A stretch of 62,836 bases of DNA, filler included, from Basidiobolus ranarum (taxonomy: Eukaryota): NCBI GenBank assembly GCA_040143965.1. It is 29 parts of 29 records of this genome, joined end to end, with 100 filler letters (N's around TTAATTAATTAA, not from the genome) between each part and the next. Parts side by side here need not be neighbours in the genome. Positions count along the whole stretch, not along the records: positions 26,092 to 28,162 come from JASJQH010003827.1; positions 28,263 to 30,332 come from JASJQH010003828.1; positions 30,433 to 32,502 come from JASJQH010003829.1; positions 32,603 to 34,671 come from JASJQH010003830.1; positions 34,772 to 36,840 come from JASJQH010003831.1; positions 36,941 to 39,009 come from JASJQH010003832.1; 23 more parts are not named here. One strand, given 5' to 3'. The notes beneath the pieces were generated by a model. The model ran no database searches and had not been told where the DNA came from. It saw only the letters and a list, made by a program, of their open reading frames with translations. This document shows positions 26,560 through 39,109 of the stretch, one piece after another (position 1 is the first letter of the stretch; every line of letters begins with the position of its first letter). Both the position numbers and the translations under genes were made by a program.

Positions 26560-27200
26560 TGAGCTTGAAGAAGTCACAATGGTCAAACACAAACCTCAAT
26601 GTAGACAAAATGTTCTGATGCATTCTGCCATGCAACAGAGGTCACAATGGCCAGTGAAAAGAGATGAAGCTTCTACTGGGGTTTAAGAGGTAAGAACTGC
26701 CAAATGCAAACCTCAATGTAGATGACTTGCTTCAACATGTACTGGTGTGCCTTTATGGCAAAGGCCAGTTGAAAGAGATGAAGCTTCCACTGTGATTGAA
26801 GTAGCAATAACCATCAAGCACAAACCACAAGGTACATAACTTGCTCCAATATGTACTGCCATGCAACCATGGTTGAAGAGGCAAGAACTGCCTAACACCC
26901 ACCTCAAGGTAGATGACTAGCTCTAACACATACTGCCAACCAACCGCAGCCACAGCCAGTCAAATAGATATAAGCTTCTACTGTGGTTGAAGAATCAATA
27001 ACTGTCAAGCACAAACCTCAAGTGACACAATCCGGGTTGCCACATGGAGCTGTACACCAGTAGCAATGGCTGGTTGACCCATTAAGTGAAGGCTCCACAT
27101 CTGCAGAAGAGACTGTAGATACAAACAAACCACAAACTAGACAAGACAAGCCAATAAATACCACAGCACATCAACCTCAAGCCACAGCTCATGCTGGCCA
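26560..27200 (+). repeat. Degenerate coding-like tandem repeat of about 115 bp (about 6 units)
   Basis: Recurring (K/N)HKPQ...PV.RDEAST..EE peptide; nucleotide core AAACC(T/A)CAA near 26590, 26710, 26820, 26900, 27010 and 27125. Confidence 0.6.
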
Positions 27201-28262
27201 AGGTAGAGGAACTTCAGCAGGATCAAACCAGCTAACTGAGTGCAGAGATTCAAGCAAAGTTCCTTCTGTGGAAATATCAAGAACACAACAAAAATAACAG
27301 AAGCAAACCAGCATGTCCCACTTCAAACCTGAGCAACTGCTGAATGCTCTTGTTAATACTTATATTGTCCTATCTTTACTATTCAGTACATCATGCAAAA
27401 TCATTATGGATTGCAGCTAAATATATCATAAATTGCTGTAGTTTGATCTCTATTGCTTATGTCTTTATGAAATGCTGCTTGTATAAAATTATTGTATTTA
27501 AAAAAAATCAATGATAGCCTATTAATACAAGCAATTTCAGTACAATTAAATGAAAAATGCTTGTTGATAAGAAGCTTGTGCAGTTGTATTGGCTTGATAT
27601 GGCTCAATCAATTTACATTCTCACCCAATTAAAAGCTTATATGATTGAATGAAAAATTTACTGATCTAAAATGATAAATCAAGTGATGCTGATCATTACT
27701 ATTATACAACAGATCAATCCATCATTGAGTGCTATAATTTGTCACCAGTGTGACAAAACTACTGGTGTTTCATAATGCAGGAGCCATTGGGCCTACTTGA
27801 ACATCAGGATATTCAGTTAGTGTGGGACAAATTATTGGCCTAAAAACATGTGAATGTCCTATCTACACATTTTATTGGGTAAGTTACAGTGCAAATTGTT
27901 TATTGTTACACATTCAGTGAATTGTAAGTTACAAACTAGGGATGAACTTGCTTTTTCAATTATCTAAAATATTAATTAGGCAATACTTAATCTGGTAACT
28001 TGGTATGGGCTGGCATAATATCTCCAAAAAAGTCATCATGTCCAATTTTGGTAGGATAGGGCCATATTGTTCCTTAGAGTGTCCAATCAAGATAACAGCC
28101 ATACTGTTCGTGGGTATACTGCTTACGTGAAGTTACCGATGTTTTGACAGGAAAATATATATNNNNNNNNNNNNNNNNNNNNNNNNNNNNNNNNNNNNNN
28201 NNNNNNTTAATTAATTAANNNNNNNNNNNNNNNNNNNNNNNNNNNNNNNNNNNNNNNNNNNN

Positions 28263-29389
28263 CACAGTATTCCAGCAATGGTGGATATGATCAAAACCAA
28301 ACCGATATTCTTAGCAAGCGGCCTAAGAATGTTTTTAAAACCTCTAACTCCAGAATTAACATATTCTTTAATATGGCCTGAGGTAAAGAGAGAGCGAAGA
28401 GGAGCGATAAAGAGAGAATATAAAAGAGCTTTCGTATAAAAATACAAAGAACCTACAATCTCTTTGAATACCCAGGCCACCATAAAAATCAGAAACCCAA
28501 TGGCTGAAAAAATGCCCTTTACAACCTGACCAACACCTGCGAAACACCCGACAATTAATGTCTGTATCGGGTGCCAAATAGGGATTTTTACTACTTCAGG
28601 GTACTCTTCCTCCGAATCACTTCCTGAAAAAGAGCTTTCATCACTGCTTGACTCTTCAGAATCTTCCTGGAGGTTTTCGACTATCTTCTGGTTTGTGTTA
28701 TGGTTTGATAGATGGGTAGATTTGTTAAAGGTAAATTTAGGGCTCCACTCATCATCATCTGAAGAAGTTGCTAGATGCTCATGTAGCTGACCAGGAGCAC
28801 GACCAACAGAGCGTGCTGGAGAGTTTGGTCTAGGTCTTAAATAGTATCGACCAGCGACAAGATTGACAGTGCTTGGTGCTTCAGATATACGATTCAGTCT
28901 AGTACTATCTGTGTTTTTAGTGTGTAGAACCTCAGTCGGAGTGCCATCATCTTGGTCTGATTCCGACTCTGTTTCGTTTCCAGTACTTTCATCGTGTTGA
29001 GGAGTAGTAGCACGAATCCACTGCGGAGAATGAGGGAGAATGGAAGATAAAAAGCGACGGCCTAACCCTGTAGAACGAGTATTATTGGGAGGCTCTTCCT
29101 CGTCCGACTCAGTATCAGTACGTATATCTGAAAGCTCCTCTTCTGTATCTGTCCCTTCGAGATCTCTGATCGGGGCAGATGTATTAACATCTGAATCACG
29201 TGGCTTTCGAGATGGACTATCAGTATCTGAAGTAGGCTCTGACAGACCAGAGAGTTTAAATGCGGTAGCTATGTTAACTGAAGTATTTCTAGTTGGGCCT
29301 GTTGTACTAATTGACCCGCTAGTAGTCTGGACTGTACGACGAACAGAAGTTGTTCTTCGTGTCGTTCTTTTGAGAGGTGTATCAGACAT
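28263..29389 (-). CDS. Membrane protein with a long Ser/Thr/acidic disordered N-terminus followed by hydrophobic helices (architecture resembles SUN-domain or inner nuclear membrane proteins; unproven); 3' truncated
   Basis: About 375 uninterrupted codons in CpG-retaining DNA, with hydrophobic stretches from about residue 275. No diagnostic domain is visible. Confidence 0.8.
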
Positions 29390-30038
29390 AATAAATTCAA
29401 GTCAAGTATCGTATGGATATGACCAGAGATATCACAAGTTCAGTACAAGTGGAGTAATTATTAATTAGCAGAGTTAAGTACGAAACTCGTAAGTTAAAAG
29501 CAGTAAGACTTTAACAATTCACGATAATCCAATATAAAGTAGGACGACGCGCCAACCTGAGGTAGGTGGAAATATTAAGATAAATAGGAACTGTAGGGAG
29601 AATAGAGAAGTGTCGAATTGGATTGATTTTTTGTACATCTAGAAAGAAATCAATTAATAATTTGGAATTGGAGGCCTCCATTTCTCGTGACTCATTATAT
29701 TGAAACTTTGATTATACTTTTGGTATCCAGAGATAAGCCTAATTGATTAAATTTAAGAGCTACCACACTAGAATAGTAAAATATACCATATTTGAAAGTG
29801 TAGCTTATTTCATCCAGGCTAAGATTAATAAGTAGGATTGGCGATTGATTTCCTAGAAGCCATATGCTATGATAACTTATATACATATACACAGTTGATT
29901 TAATTAGACTCTAATAATTGTTTATCAGAGAGGTTTCTAGATTGGCAGCTTCAACGCAGCATTTAAAGGCAATGAGGAGTACGTGTACGGCTTGATATGC
30001 GTATCCTTCATTTTGCTCCTTCCAAAAGAGATCATTTT

Positions 30039-30328
30039 TTATTTTTTCTGCTTGTGTGGTACAATGGCACATTTTTTGGCGGGCTCTGCGTATTGTGGAT
30101 CTTGAAAATCAATTACACCATTTGTATTGTTGGTCCGCTTAGCGCCATATCTTGAAATGAGCACACCGTGAAGACTGTAGTTCGAAGTGCCTGCCAGGAT
30201 CTACTCGTAAGTACCACGGTCTATTATGCTGAAGATTGAATTGCGGTAGTGTTGGCATAGAGGCCATCAATAAGGCCCTACTTATCTCTTACATTCCGCA
30301 GCATATCGTTACATCGCAACGTGCCTGT
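30039..30328 (-). CDS. Possible last two exons of an unknown gene (30328-30293 and 30200-30039)
   Basis: A 92-nt GTAAGA...CTTAC..TAG intron joins in frame to give TGTLRCNDMLRN|ILAGTSNYSLHGVLISRYG...HKQKK*. Confidence 0.35.
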
Positions 30329-30789
30329 CTATNNNNNNNNNNNNNNNNNNNNNNNNNNNNNNNNNNNNNNNNNNNNTTAATTAATTAANNNNNNNNNNNN
30401 NNNNNNNNNNNNNNNNNNNNNNNNNNNNNNNNGATTGCACAAGCATCTGAGAACCCTCACAATATTGGTGGCTTGCATTTTGCCAGGGATTTTGATGGTG
30501 AGATGTTGGCCTCTTGTAAGTATTTTGATGGTATTCATACATAGTGAAATATTGATTGTGATATTTGGCATGTGTCATTCAAATTCCAAAAATATTTGTA
30601 AAAAGCTAACTGCTGTGGGAATTTGAGTTATTAAGCATGGCTTTGTTTAGATATTTTTGGCTTTGTATTCCAGCCATAATGAAAATCAAAAAATACCTGA
30701 ATCTCAATGTGTTTAGTCTATACTTATGCTCATACTTGACTGATCAGACATAACTCAACAACATCAATATGCTTCACAGGCATACTATT

Positions 30790-32368
30790 AGCTCCCAATG
30801 GACACTGACATACTCTGGAATATGCATGATGCCAACACTGGAGTCTCTTCACTCTGAGGAGTCATTCATGCATGACCTTTGGAGACAAAAGCAAGAGCAA
30901 TGGTCATGAATTACCCTGATGGGTCTGTTTAGTACACTATTTGTAGAAACAATCCAGAATTACTTGCCAACTTTTGTGGAGGACCAGCTACTGACCATAG
31001 AACTCACATGGAGTGCAGACGCACCATCAAAGAAGATACCTACTACCAAATACATTATACATCTAACTCAAAGTTAGCTTGGGGAGTTGCTTTAGGACCA
31101 AAAGTACAAAAAGCCATTGTTAGGACCAAGTACAAGACAGTTGCTAGTAAAGTGAAACCTTCCCTTGATCCACTCACTGATGGAACCCAACCAGCCAATC
31201 AGGAAAGGGAGCCACTAGACAAAAACACTAGTGTCAGACAAACTCCAGAGAGTCTAGCTACTGTCAAGATTGGCAATGGCAACCTCAGCCCTCAGGAAGT
31301 TAAACTTTTCAGAGATGTGATAGTTAGGCATGACAGAGTCTTTGCATACAATGATCAAGAAATGAGCCTACTGTTGCCCTCAGTTGAGAAACCAATAAAA
31401 GCTCACACTGTAGAACACAAACCATGGTTGTATAACCTTGCCCATTACCAAGAGGCCTGTGACCAGATATGCCTGCACTTCTAAAGAGTAAGATTAAAGC
31501 TGATATCCTAGAACCATGCTGTGGACCTTTTGCCAACCACTGGTTTGTCACAAAGAAGAAGAATGGCAAACTGAGATTCATACAAGACATGCAGCCAGTC
31601 AATGTAGTTATAATTAGAAATGATGCAATACCTCCTTCAATTGATGAGTTTGCAGAGAGCTTTGCAGGAGGGTTTAATATAATCAACCTATGATCCATAC
31701 TCAAGATATGACCAAACACTTATTTGTAAAGCCTCAAGAGACATGCTTGGACTACAGACTCCCTTTGGGCTACTAATAATGGCATGACTCGGCCAAGGAT
31801 GAACCAACTTTGTTGCCCAGTTTCAGTGTGTGATGGTCATTGTCCTCTACAAGCTCATCCCAGATATGTTAGCTGTATTTGTAGATGACATGGGCATAAA
31901 AGGATCACATATCAAGGACACAACTGAAGTACTCCCATGAGTAAAAGATTTATATATGACCATATTCAAGACAATGACCAGATTTTGACCAAAATTGAGA
32001 AGACTGGACTCACTATAAGTGGTGAGAAAAGTGACTTTGGAATGCCAAAAATATTCATAGTTGGGCAAAACTATGACACAATGGAAGAACACCAGGACCA
32101 TCAAATATTAAGAAACTTCTCACAAGGCCTACACCAAAATAATCAACCTCAGCAAGAGAATTAGTGGCTGCTTGTGTATTTTTTAGAATATGGATTCCTA
32201 AATTCTCAAAGATAGCAGAACCCATCTACTGGCAACAGAGAAAGAATGTGGAGTTTGAATGGGGACTTGATGAAGATGATAGTACGGGAGAGCTGAAGCT
32301 AGCACTAACAACACATCTCATACTTAAGCCACTAAACTATACAGATGCCACAAGACAACCAATACCAA
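30790..32368 (+). mobile_element. Degenerate Ty3/gypsy pol (RT)
   Basis: WFVTKKKNGKLRFIQDMQPVN, PPSIDEFAESFAG, AVFVDDMGIKG, FFRIWIPKFSKIAEPIY. Confidence 0.92.
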
Positions 32369-32502
32369 TGTAGTGGGGTAGCATTGCTACACACTGGCAG
32401 GTTGACTTATTTCCACTCCGAGCTCATATCATTACTATTGCACAATTTCTATTTTATTTTCCTTAATTGACTTACCCATATTTTCTAGCCAATCATATCA
32501 CA
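32369..32502 (+). repeat. Putative LTR end, family F (TGTAGTGGGGTAGCATTGC); second copy at 56444-56599 (-)
   Basis: Two near-identical copies with a sharp TG terminus, inserted into different elements. Confidence 0.6.
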
Positions 32503-32602
32503 NNNNNNNNNNNNNNNNNNNNNNNNNNNNNNNNNNNNNNNNNNNNTTAATTAATTAANNNNNNNNNNNNNNNNNNNNNNNNNNNNNNNNNNNNNNNNNN
32601 NN

Positions 32603-33512
32603 CTGTCCCACTTACTAAATTCTTCACACCATTACAAAGATCTGCATTTCCAGAGTCAGATATACTGGCAAAAAAGATTAATTTCACCATGGAACCAGGT
32701 ACACCAGTTAAAAGAGTGGTAAATTTGGAAGTTTATCAAACACCTGGCACCTCTCAACAAGCCAAAACACCTGCAAATAAAACTCATGGCTCTCCAACCT
32801 GAGCCGGTACTTTTCAAAGTGTTGAAGTTAGCCCCAGACTTCAAGGCAAGCAAAGAGCCACACAAGCACCACAAAGCACCCTCAGTAGTGTCACACTACA
32901 AGGACATACAAGAATAGTCAAAGTGCTTAAGAAGTATTTTCAAAAGTATGAAGAGGAAAATGCAGTGCAAGTATGCAGAAAGTGGCTTAGAAGAAGAACA
33001 TTCAACTTGACATTCAGTCTGGTGTTGATTGAGCTGATATCTGGGAAGAACTTGATTCAGAGTGGCACAATATTGCAGGGTATCTGCCAGATAGCTGGAG
33101 GAATCTTGATTCAGGAACAATATTACAATGGTGGGCTTTGATGGAGATATTGATAAGAAACTTGTGTTGGGTTTGGCCTAAACCTTGGGTATGAAGAACT
33201 CTATAAAAATATTCAGGAGAATATATCAAAGAGACTAGGGATTTCAAAGGTTAGTAATTAACATTCAAGTGGTAATTGTGTAAAATTTTAGTTTTGTTTT
33301 TGGCACTTGTGTTGATACAGAGTTCTCTGAGATTGTAGCCAATCATCGCAACTATTTTGCAACATCTTGAAATTTCACTCTTGAAACTGAAAAAATTGAT
33401 TAAATTCAAATCTAACTTGACAATTTTATGATGGTAAGTAAATGGTGAATCCCAAATGGATCAAAATTGTGATGGTTTTCCTACAATAACAATCCTCAAA
33501 TTTCTGATATGG
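32603..33512 (+). mobile_element. CACTA 5' terminus with degenerate Trp-rich accessory ORF
   Basis: KKYFQKYEEENAVQVCRKWL; DIWEELDSEWHNIAGYLPDSW..LQWWALME; decayed terminus at 33500-33512. Confidence 0.75.
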
Positions 33513-34450
33513 TTGACCAAAGTCTACATTTGGTTATCCATAAATGACTGATAATCCTCTGCCATTGCAGTACTCCAAAACTTTGTGTTGGGACTCTCCA
33601 TAGCTTCCTATACTGATTTGGGCTCATCAGAAAAGGCTAAATTAGCACTATGCTCCTTGTGGCCAGGGTAAGAGTAGTAATCAGGTGGAGATCTCATTCA
33701 ATTGGATCTCCTAAGATGGGAAATTGGCAATACAGCTTCTGGTACCAATTTAGGAAATGAAAAAACCTCAGTCTTGGTTGAGGAGACTGCAGGTGAAGTA
33801 TTTTCAATATTTTCTCACTGTTCAGGATCTGGTGAGAAAAGAAGAATTTTCATCAATTTTTGGTTGTTTTTCTTGATCCTAGATTGTCTTAATTGAAAAT
33901 TTTTCTTCTTCAGCAGATTCCACATCCTTGACTGGATTAGCCTCTTAATTTCAGTGTCATTTAGTCTGTACCCTTTTGTTCCATCACAGTATCCCAAAAA
34001 AAGACATTTCTGGCTTTTTTGGTCTAATTTCAATCTCTTCTGGTCTGGAGTCATTATTTGTTGGTACTTCCAAAAACACTGAGATTAGCCACATCAGGTT
34101 TGCTTCCCAAACCAAGCTTAATAAGGTGTCATAGCTAATAGACAGCCAGGAGGATATCTATTCTTAACAAATACTGCAATTGCAATCTATTTAGCTCAGA
34201 ACTGTTTTAGTAAATCTTGATATTGAAGCATTTATCTTGCCTTTTCCATTATTGATCTGTTTGCATGTTCTGCTACTCCATTCTGCTCTAAGGCAAGTAT
34301 CACCTTACTGCCCTTATCTGTCTTAAAGTAGATCCCAAAATCCACCATACTCTTTTGGAAATCAAGTGATTCCAAGAATGTGTCTATCTTAGTGTACCAG
34401 GCCCTGGGCAATTGTTTAAGGCCATAAAGTGATTTTTGTAGCTTGCACAA
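33513..34450 (-). mobile_element. Rearranged copia fragment: an RT piece fused to an integrase piece
   Basis: KLQKSLYGLKQLPRAWY...SKVILAL|EQNGVAEHANRSIMEKAR...KLDQKSQKCLFLGYC. Confidence 0.88.
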
Positions 34451-34771
34451 GTTGAAGTTGTTTTAGGGTGTAAGCAGCAACTATAACTGCAATATCCTAA
34501 GGGACTTGTGAGATGTTCAAAGGGTGCAATAACTACAATTGAATAACTCTGGGATGTACAGTAATATGGGTCTGTCTCTTGCCTCTTGGGTCTTTGTGAA
34601 AGGGAATCAAGCCTCTAGAAATGTCTAAGGACTGATAAACCACAATGCAATGTCCAGCTTTCTGTTGAATANNNNNNNNNNNNNNNNNNNNNNNNNNNNN
34701 NNNNNNNNNNNNNNNTTAATTAATTAANNNNNNNNNNNNNNNNNNNNNNNNNNNNNNNNNNNNNNNNNNNN

Positions 34772-34929
34772 AGGCTCACAAGCCTACCGAAGCCACTACT
34801 GAGGCTCACAAGCCTACCGAAGCCACTACTGAGGCTCACAAGCCTACCGAAGCCACTACTGAGGCTCACAAGCCTACCGAAGCCACTACTGAGGCTCCCA
34901 AGCCTACCGAAGCCATTACTGAGGCTCAC
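34772..34929 (+). repeat. 30-bp coding minisatellite, at least 5.3 units
   Basis: GAGGCTCACAAGCCTACCGAAGCCACTACT repeated up to the contig edge. Confidence 0.97.
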
Positions 34930-35214
34930 GAACATACTCCATACCATTCTACCGTAGCCATTTCTACTTTATCCTGTATTCCTACCACTGTTAGGGTAAC
35001 CCGTACTGCTACATTTACTGCTGCTTCAGTTACCCCTTCCAATGTTTCCGGGCCTACCAGCTCTAGTTGTACTGAAGGTGCTTACAAGTGTGTTGATTCG
35101 GGAGTTTCACAGAAGTTTACTATTTGCGTTTACGGCAAGTTGGTTGAGAACATTTGCGCAGTAGGTACTGTATGTAAGACTTTTAACGATTCCATCCTTT
35201 GTGATTGGGCATAG
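34772..35214 (+). CDS. C-terminus of a mucin-like protein with a 6-Cys CBM19-like chitin-binding domain; 5' truncated and absent from the ORF track
   Basis: Manual translation: (EAHKPTEATT)n...SCTEGAYKCVDSGVSQKFTICVYGKLVENICAVGTVCKTFNDSILCDWA*. Confidence 0.85.
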
Positions 35215-35369
35215 AACGTAGCTGCCTTCTTTTTCTCTGCCACCACATGCGCTGTTTATTATATCTTATATGATAAAAGTAAAGAGATATAGAAGTAAAG
35301 ATATATTGGGGCTACATATAACATCTATATGTTGACATTTATCCGTTGATAAATAAATAAATCTTCTGC

Positions 35370-36840
35370 TAAAGTATTTGGGAGCCTGTTGGTAGTGATT
35401 TGGAGAGTCAGAGAAATTGGTGGTTTTTACTTATTGATTAATTGAATTGGAAGTCAACATTTCTAGTTTTGTCAAGATATATGCGGACAAATATGTAGAA
35501 TAGAAAACTGTGAAAATTAGCATTTCCTAAACATCGGTATAGTCCTATATATCCTAGTAATTAGTTATCTGATACTGCACTAAGATATCACCCATTATTC
35601 TCAATTGATATTTCCTTGGAATATGTTTAGCAACTTAGTTCTCAAATATATATATTTTTGAAACTTGTACTAGAAGCCCCAAGCTTTGCACACATGTACC
35701 TGGGAGCTTCCTTAGCACTTTCTATATGGTAGTTTGTTTAAATTGTGGCAAAAGTATAAATGTCAACCTTTTACTCAGAAATCAATATGTTAAAACCACA
35801 AATATCTCTGATTCTCTAAACTCCTTCCAACAGGCTCCCAAATACTTTAACTGGTTATGAGCCCCAAGCGTGCATGCTCTGTAGTATCTACTACTCAAGT
35901 TTATGGAACTTTTCTCTCTTCTGATAAATTGAATGAAACCAAGTGTCAAGTTTGAAAAATTGAAATACATTTTCTGCTGCAAGAAAGTGGACTTTAGGAC
36001 ACAGTCATAGCAGAAGGTAACAATGTAAAACTATTTAAAACCAAAGTTTTACTCCAAGTGAAAAAGAACAAAGTGCTCTTAACATAATTTGTCTTAATAT
36101 TTAAGACAAATTAGTATTCATTATTCAAGAGCCAAAACTGCCAAGAAGGTATGTAAAGCCTGTTAAAGTATATGGGAGCCTGTTGGAACTGTTTGGAGAA
36201 TGACAGCATTGGCACTTTTCACTTATTGATTTATTGAGTAAAAAGTTGACATTTATACTTTTGTCAAGATTTAAACAAACTAATGTGTAGAATGTGTACA
36301 CACTAACATGTTCAATGTGTTAAGGAAGGTCCCAGAAACATTTGTGCCTTGTTTGGGGCTTCTAGCACAAGTTTAGAAAAGTCTATATATTTGAGAACTT
36401 CTAAGTTGGTAAAAACATTCTAAGTAAATTCTAATTGTGAATAAAGGGTAATATGTTGGTAGAGTTTAACATAGCTAAGTACTAAGCAGTATATGACCAA
36501 ATAGGTATTTAGGCAATGCTAATGTCCATACTCTCCCTCAGCTAAATATTAATGTATATTAATCCTATGTAAGGTCTAGGTTTGTTGAACTTCTGTCTTG
36601 CTAATAGTGTGGCTAATATATCATATCTTCTGTAGAATGATAAGTTAAATCAATGAACTTAGGCTCAGTAGTCTCTCTAATATAATGATGCCTAAAATCT
36701 ACATGTTTGCTTCTAGTATGAAATATGGAACTTCTAGCTAATTTGATACGAATTAGATTATCTTGAAATATTGTAGTTGGTGAATCTTAAGAATAGCCTA
36801 AATCTGTTAACAGTTTTTTCAACCATGATATCTTTTTATT
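35370..36840. mobile_element. Cluster of copia family D LTRs, a PBS (35853-35864), a gag start and a minus-strand RNase H end
   Basis: LTR homologous to those at 18910, 45227 and 45793; GGTTATGAGCCC follows the LTR; HTRSKHVDFRHHYIRE on the minus strand. Confidence 0.8.
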
Positions 36841-37402
36841 NNNNNNNNNNNNNNNNNNNNNNNNNNNNNNNNNNNNNNNNNNNNTTAATTAATTAANNNN
36901 NNNNNNNNNNNNNNNNNNNNNNNNNNNNNNNNNNNNNNNNATCTCAGTTAAAATTTAATTTGACATCAGTCGTAATCCACATCAGAATATCCAAAAATTA
37001 AGCATAAGGGAAGCACATAAGGGAGGCACAACCATTAGTGAGCCTGGCCTTCGTGAAATTTGTATTAAGTAGTAGGCGTCGAGTAGAAGGCGCCTCGGGG
37101 ATTAATTGGTGTTGTAATTGATACTGCCTAAAATTGGAATTCTGGCGGGGTTAGCCGAGATATTTTCTGATTGCGGTTTCTTCTCACTAGTTATTGATAT
37201 TTTGCGATACTTGGTCCAAGTGATGCTCTACAGAAACGACAGTACCGTGGGCACAAACTTCTTTGCTACTTCAAGCTGCTGATTGCCTGGAATAGAAGCC
37301 CGTTTATTTGTTCTCATTTATTTGTTCCAGTTATGGGTGAGTGATTCTCCAACATATTTAACAGTGCAAGTTATTCTAAGAGATGTTATCGATCAGTTAA
37401 TC

Positions 37403-37903
37403 ATGCTTCTCAAATCTATCCTATGCACTTTACTTTCCGCTGCTGCTCTGGTCAATACAGGATTTGTAGACAGTAAAGGCAAAGATTTGCTCCACAGTAG
37501 ACGTTACTACATTCAAGAGTGTGGCTCAGGTAAAGTCAGGTACTGGAATGTCAATGACCAGAACAAGGTTTATTATTCCAGCAGGAAATTCCCCATTGCA
37601 GTATCACTATATAGTGACAAATGGATTCAGCCTTTTGCTGCCATGGATGGAGTTTGGACACCTTTGAAAGTCAAAAAAGACAAGGAAAATCAGGAAATTC
37701 TACACTTTGATGGCAGAGGAGAGCCTCTATTTATTAGTGGCACCAGGGATGAGGAAAGCAATTGTTACGAGTTATACCAGACAAAGCAGAATGGAGACAA
37801 GGTGGTTGATATTAGACTTGCTGAGAATGGGCATAGTAACTTGCAACTTGGTGGCAACAAATGGATTGCTTCGGTCAGATTTTTGTTTGCTAGTGCGTAT
37901 TAA
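37403..37903 (+). CDS. Small secreted protein (166 aa), beta-rich, function unknown
   Basis: Intact ORF with signal peptide MLLKSILCTLLSAAALVNTG. The ATG at 37403 is preferred to the upstream TTG. Confidence 0.8.
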   Translation: MLLKSILCTLLSAAALVNTGFVDSKGKDLLHSRRYYIQECGSGKVRYWNVNDQNKVYYSSRKFPIAVSLYSDKWIQPFAAMDGVWTPLKVKKDKENQEILHFDGRGEPLFISGTRDEESNCYELYQTKQNGDKVVDIRLAENGHSNLQLGGNKWIASVRFLFASAY

Positions 37904-39109
37904 TCAACATACTAACCAACCTTCATTTTGGTTTATTTGTGTGTTAACCTTTACACCAACTTTATACAATCATTAAACTTACAATTATGATACAACAACA
38001 TTTGACCAACTGATGACCTCTTACTACAAGAGTATGATCCAGGATTTGTACAGAATGTCATATTGCTTTTGCTAATAGTTTCCAGTATGAACTGACATAT
38101 TAGGTACCATTGAATTGAATATAATATATAAATAGATAAAATATTTACATTTGCATTATAGAACTTTGAGTAGATATCAACACAAAGTGACCTATTAAAG
38201 TGAGGAAGGACAGAAGTAACAAAACAAATACAAAGTATAATACACATTGTAAGTTAGAATCAAGATCATTGCCATCACTTCAGAGTTCAATAGCAATAGC
38301 AATGATGCACTAAGAATAGACAGTTATGTGATATAAAGATCAATCCACTTAGTTCTGCACAGAGGTACTCCTAGAACAAAGAAACATATTGAAGGTTCAA
38401 GAATGTGTAATGGGCACCAGGTACTAAGATATAATTGCTTTCCTTTCTAGAGAACTCTTTGAGAGAACCCATCCCAACCTTTAAGCTGAACATTTAACCA
38501 TGCTTCCTTCTTTCCAGCTAGAGGTATGGTGTAAAATATAAGGCCTGAAATTCTTATACCTGTTCTACATTCATTGTTTGAGTAGAGACTCAGCAATGTC
38601 AACCCATTTTTATAATATATCATTTTTAGCAACTGTGACTTGCAGTAAGCCTCATTATGCCATTACTTCAGGATTTGCTACCCAAATTCCCTAGAGTGAA
38701 GACAAATATTGTTGATTCTTGCTACTGATGTATCTGTTGGAGGATCTTGACATAATGGGGGTAGACTTTGAGTATTAGAAGCAACTTATGATAGTGTGTT
38801 TTAGTTACTTTATTCTTAAGAGTTTATGGTGACTTATATAGTAGAAAAGTAAATCAATTGTTTGAGATATTCAGGAGTTTGTGTAATAAGATATAATGGA
38901 TAAGTGGGGTTAATAAGACATACTTGTTATATAGATATAGAGATATTCCTATTTAGAATATAGGGGCTATAGATACGTTGCTTTCTGTTTCTGATATATG
39001 TATCATAACNNNNNNNNNNNNNNNNNNNNNNNNNNNNNNNNNNNNNNNNNNNNTTAATTAATTAANNNNNNNNNNNNNNNNNNNNNNNNNNNNNNNNNNN
39101 NNNNNNNNN

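Noticed and set aside
29040..29468. 142-aa plus-strand ORF
   Set aside because: Antisense shadow of the 28263-29389 gene.
34720..34947. Minus-strand (SSGFGRLVSL)n ORF
   Set aside because: Antisense of the EAHKPTEATT repeat; the plus frame leads into a coherent Cys domain.
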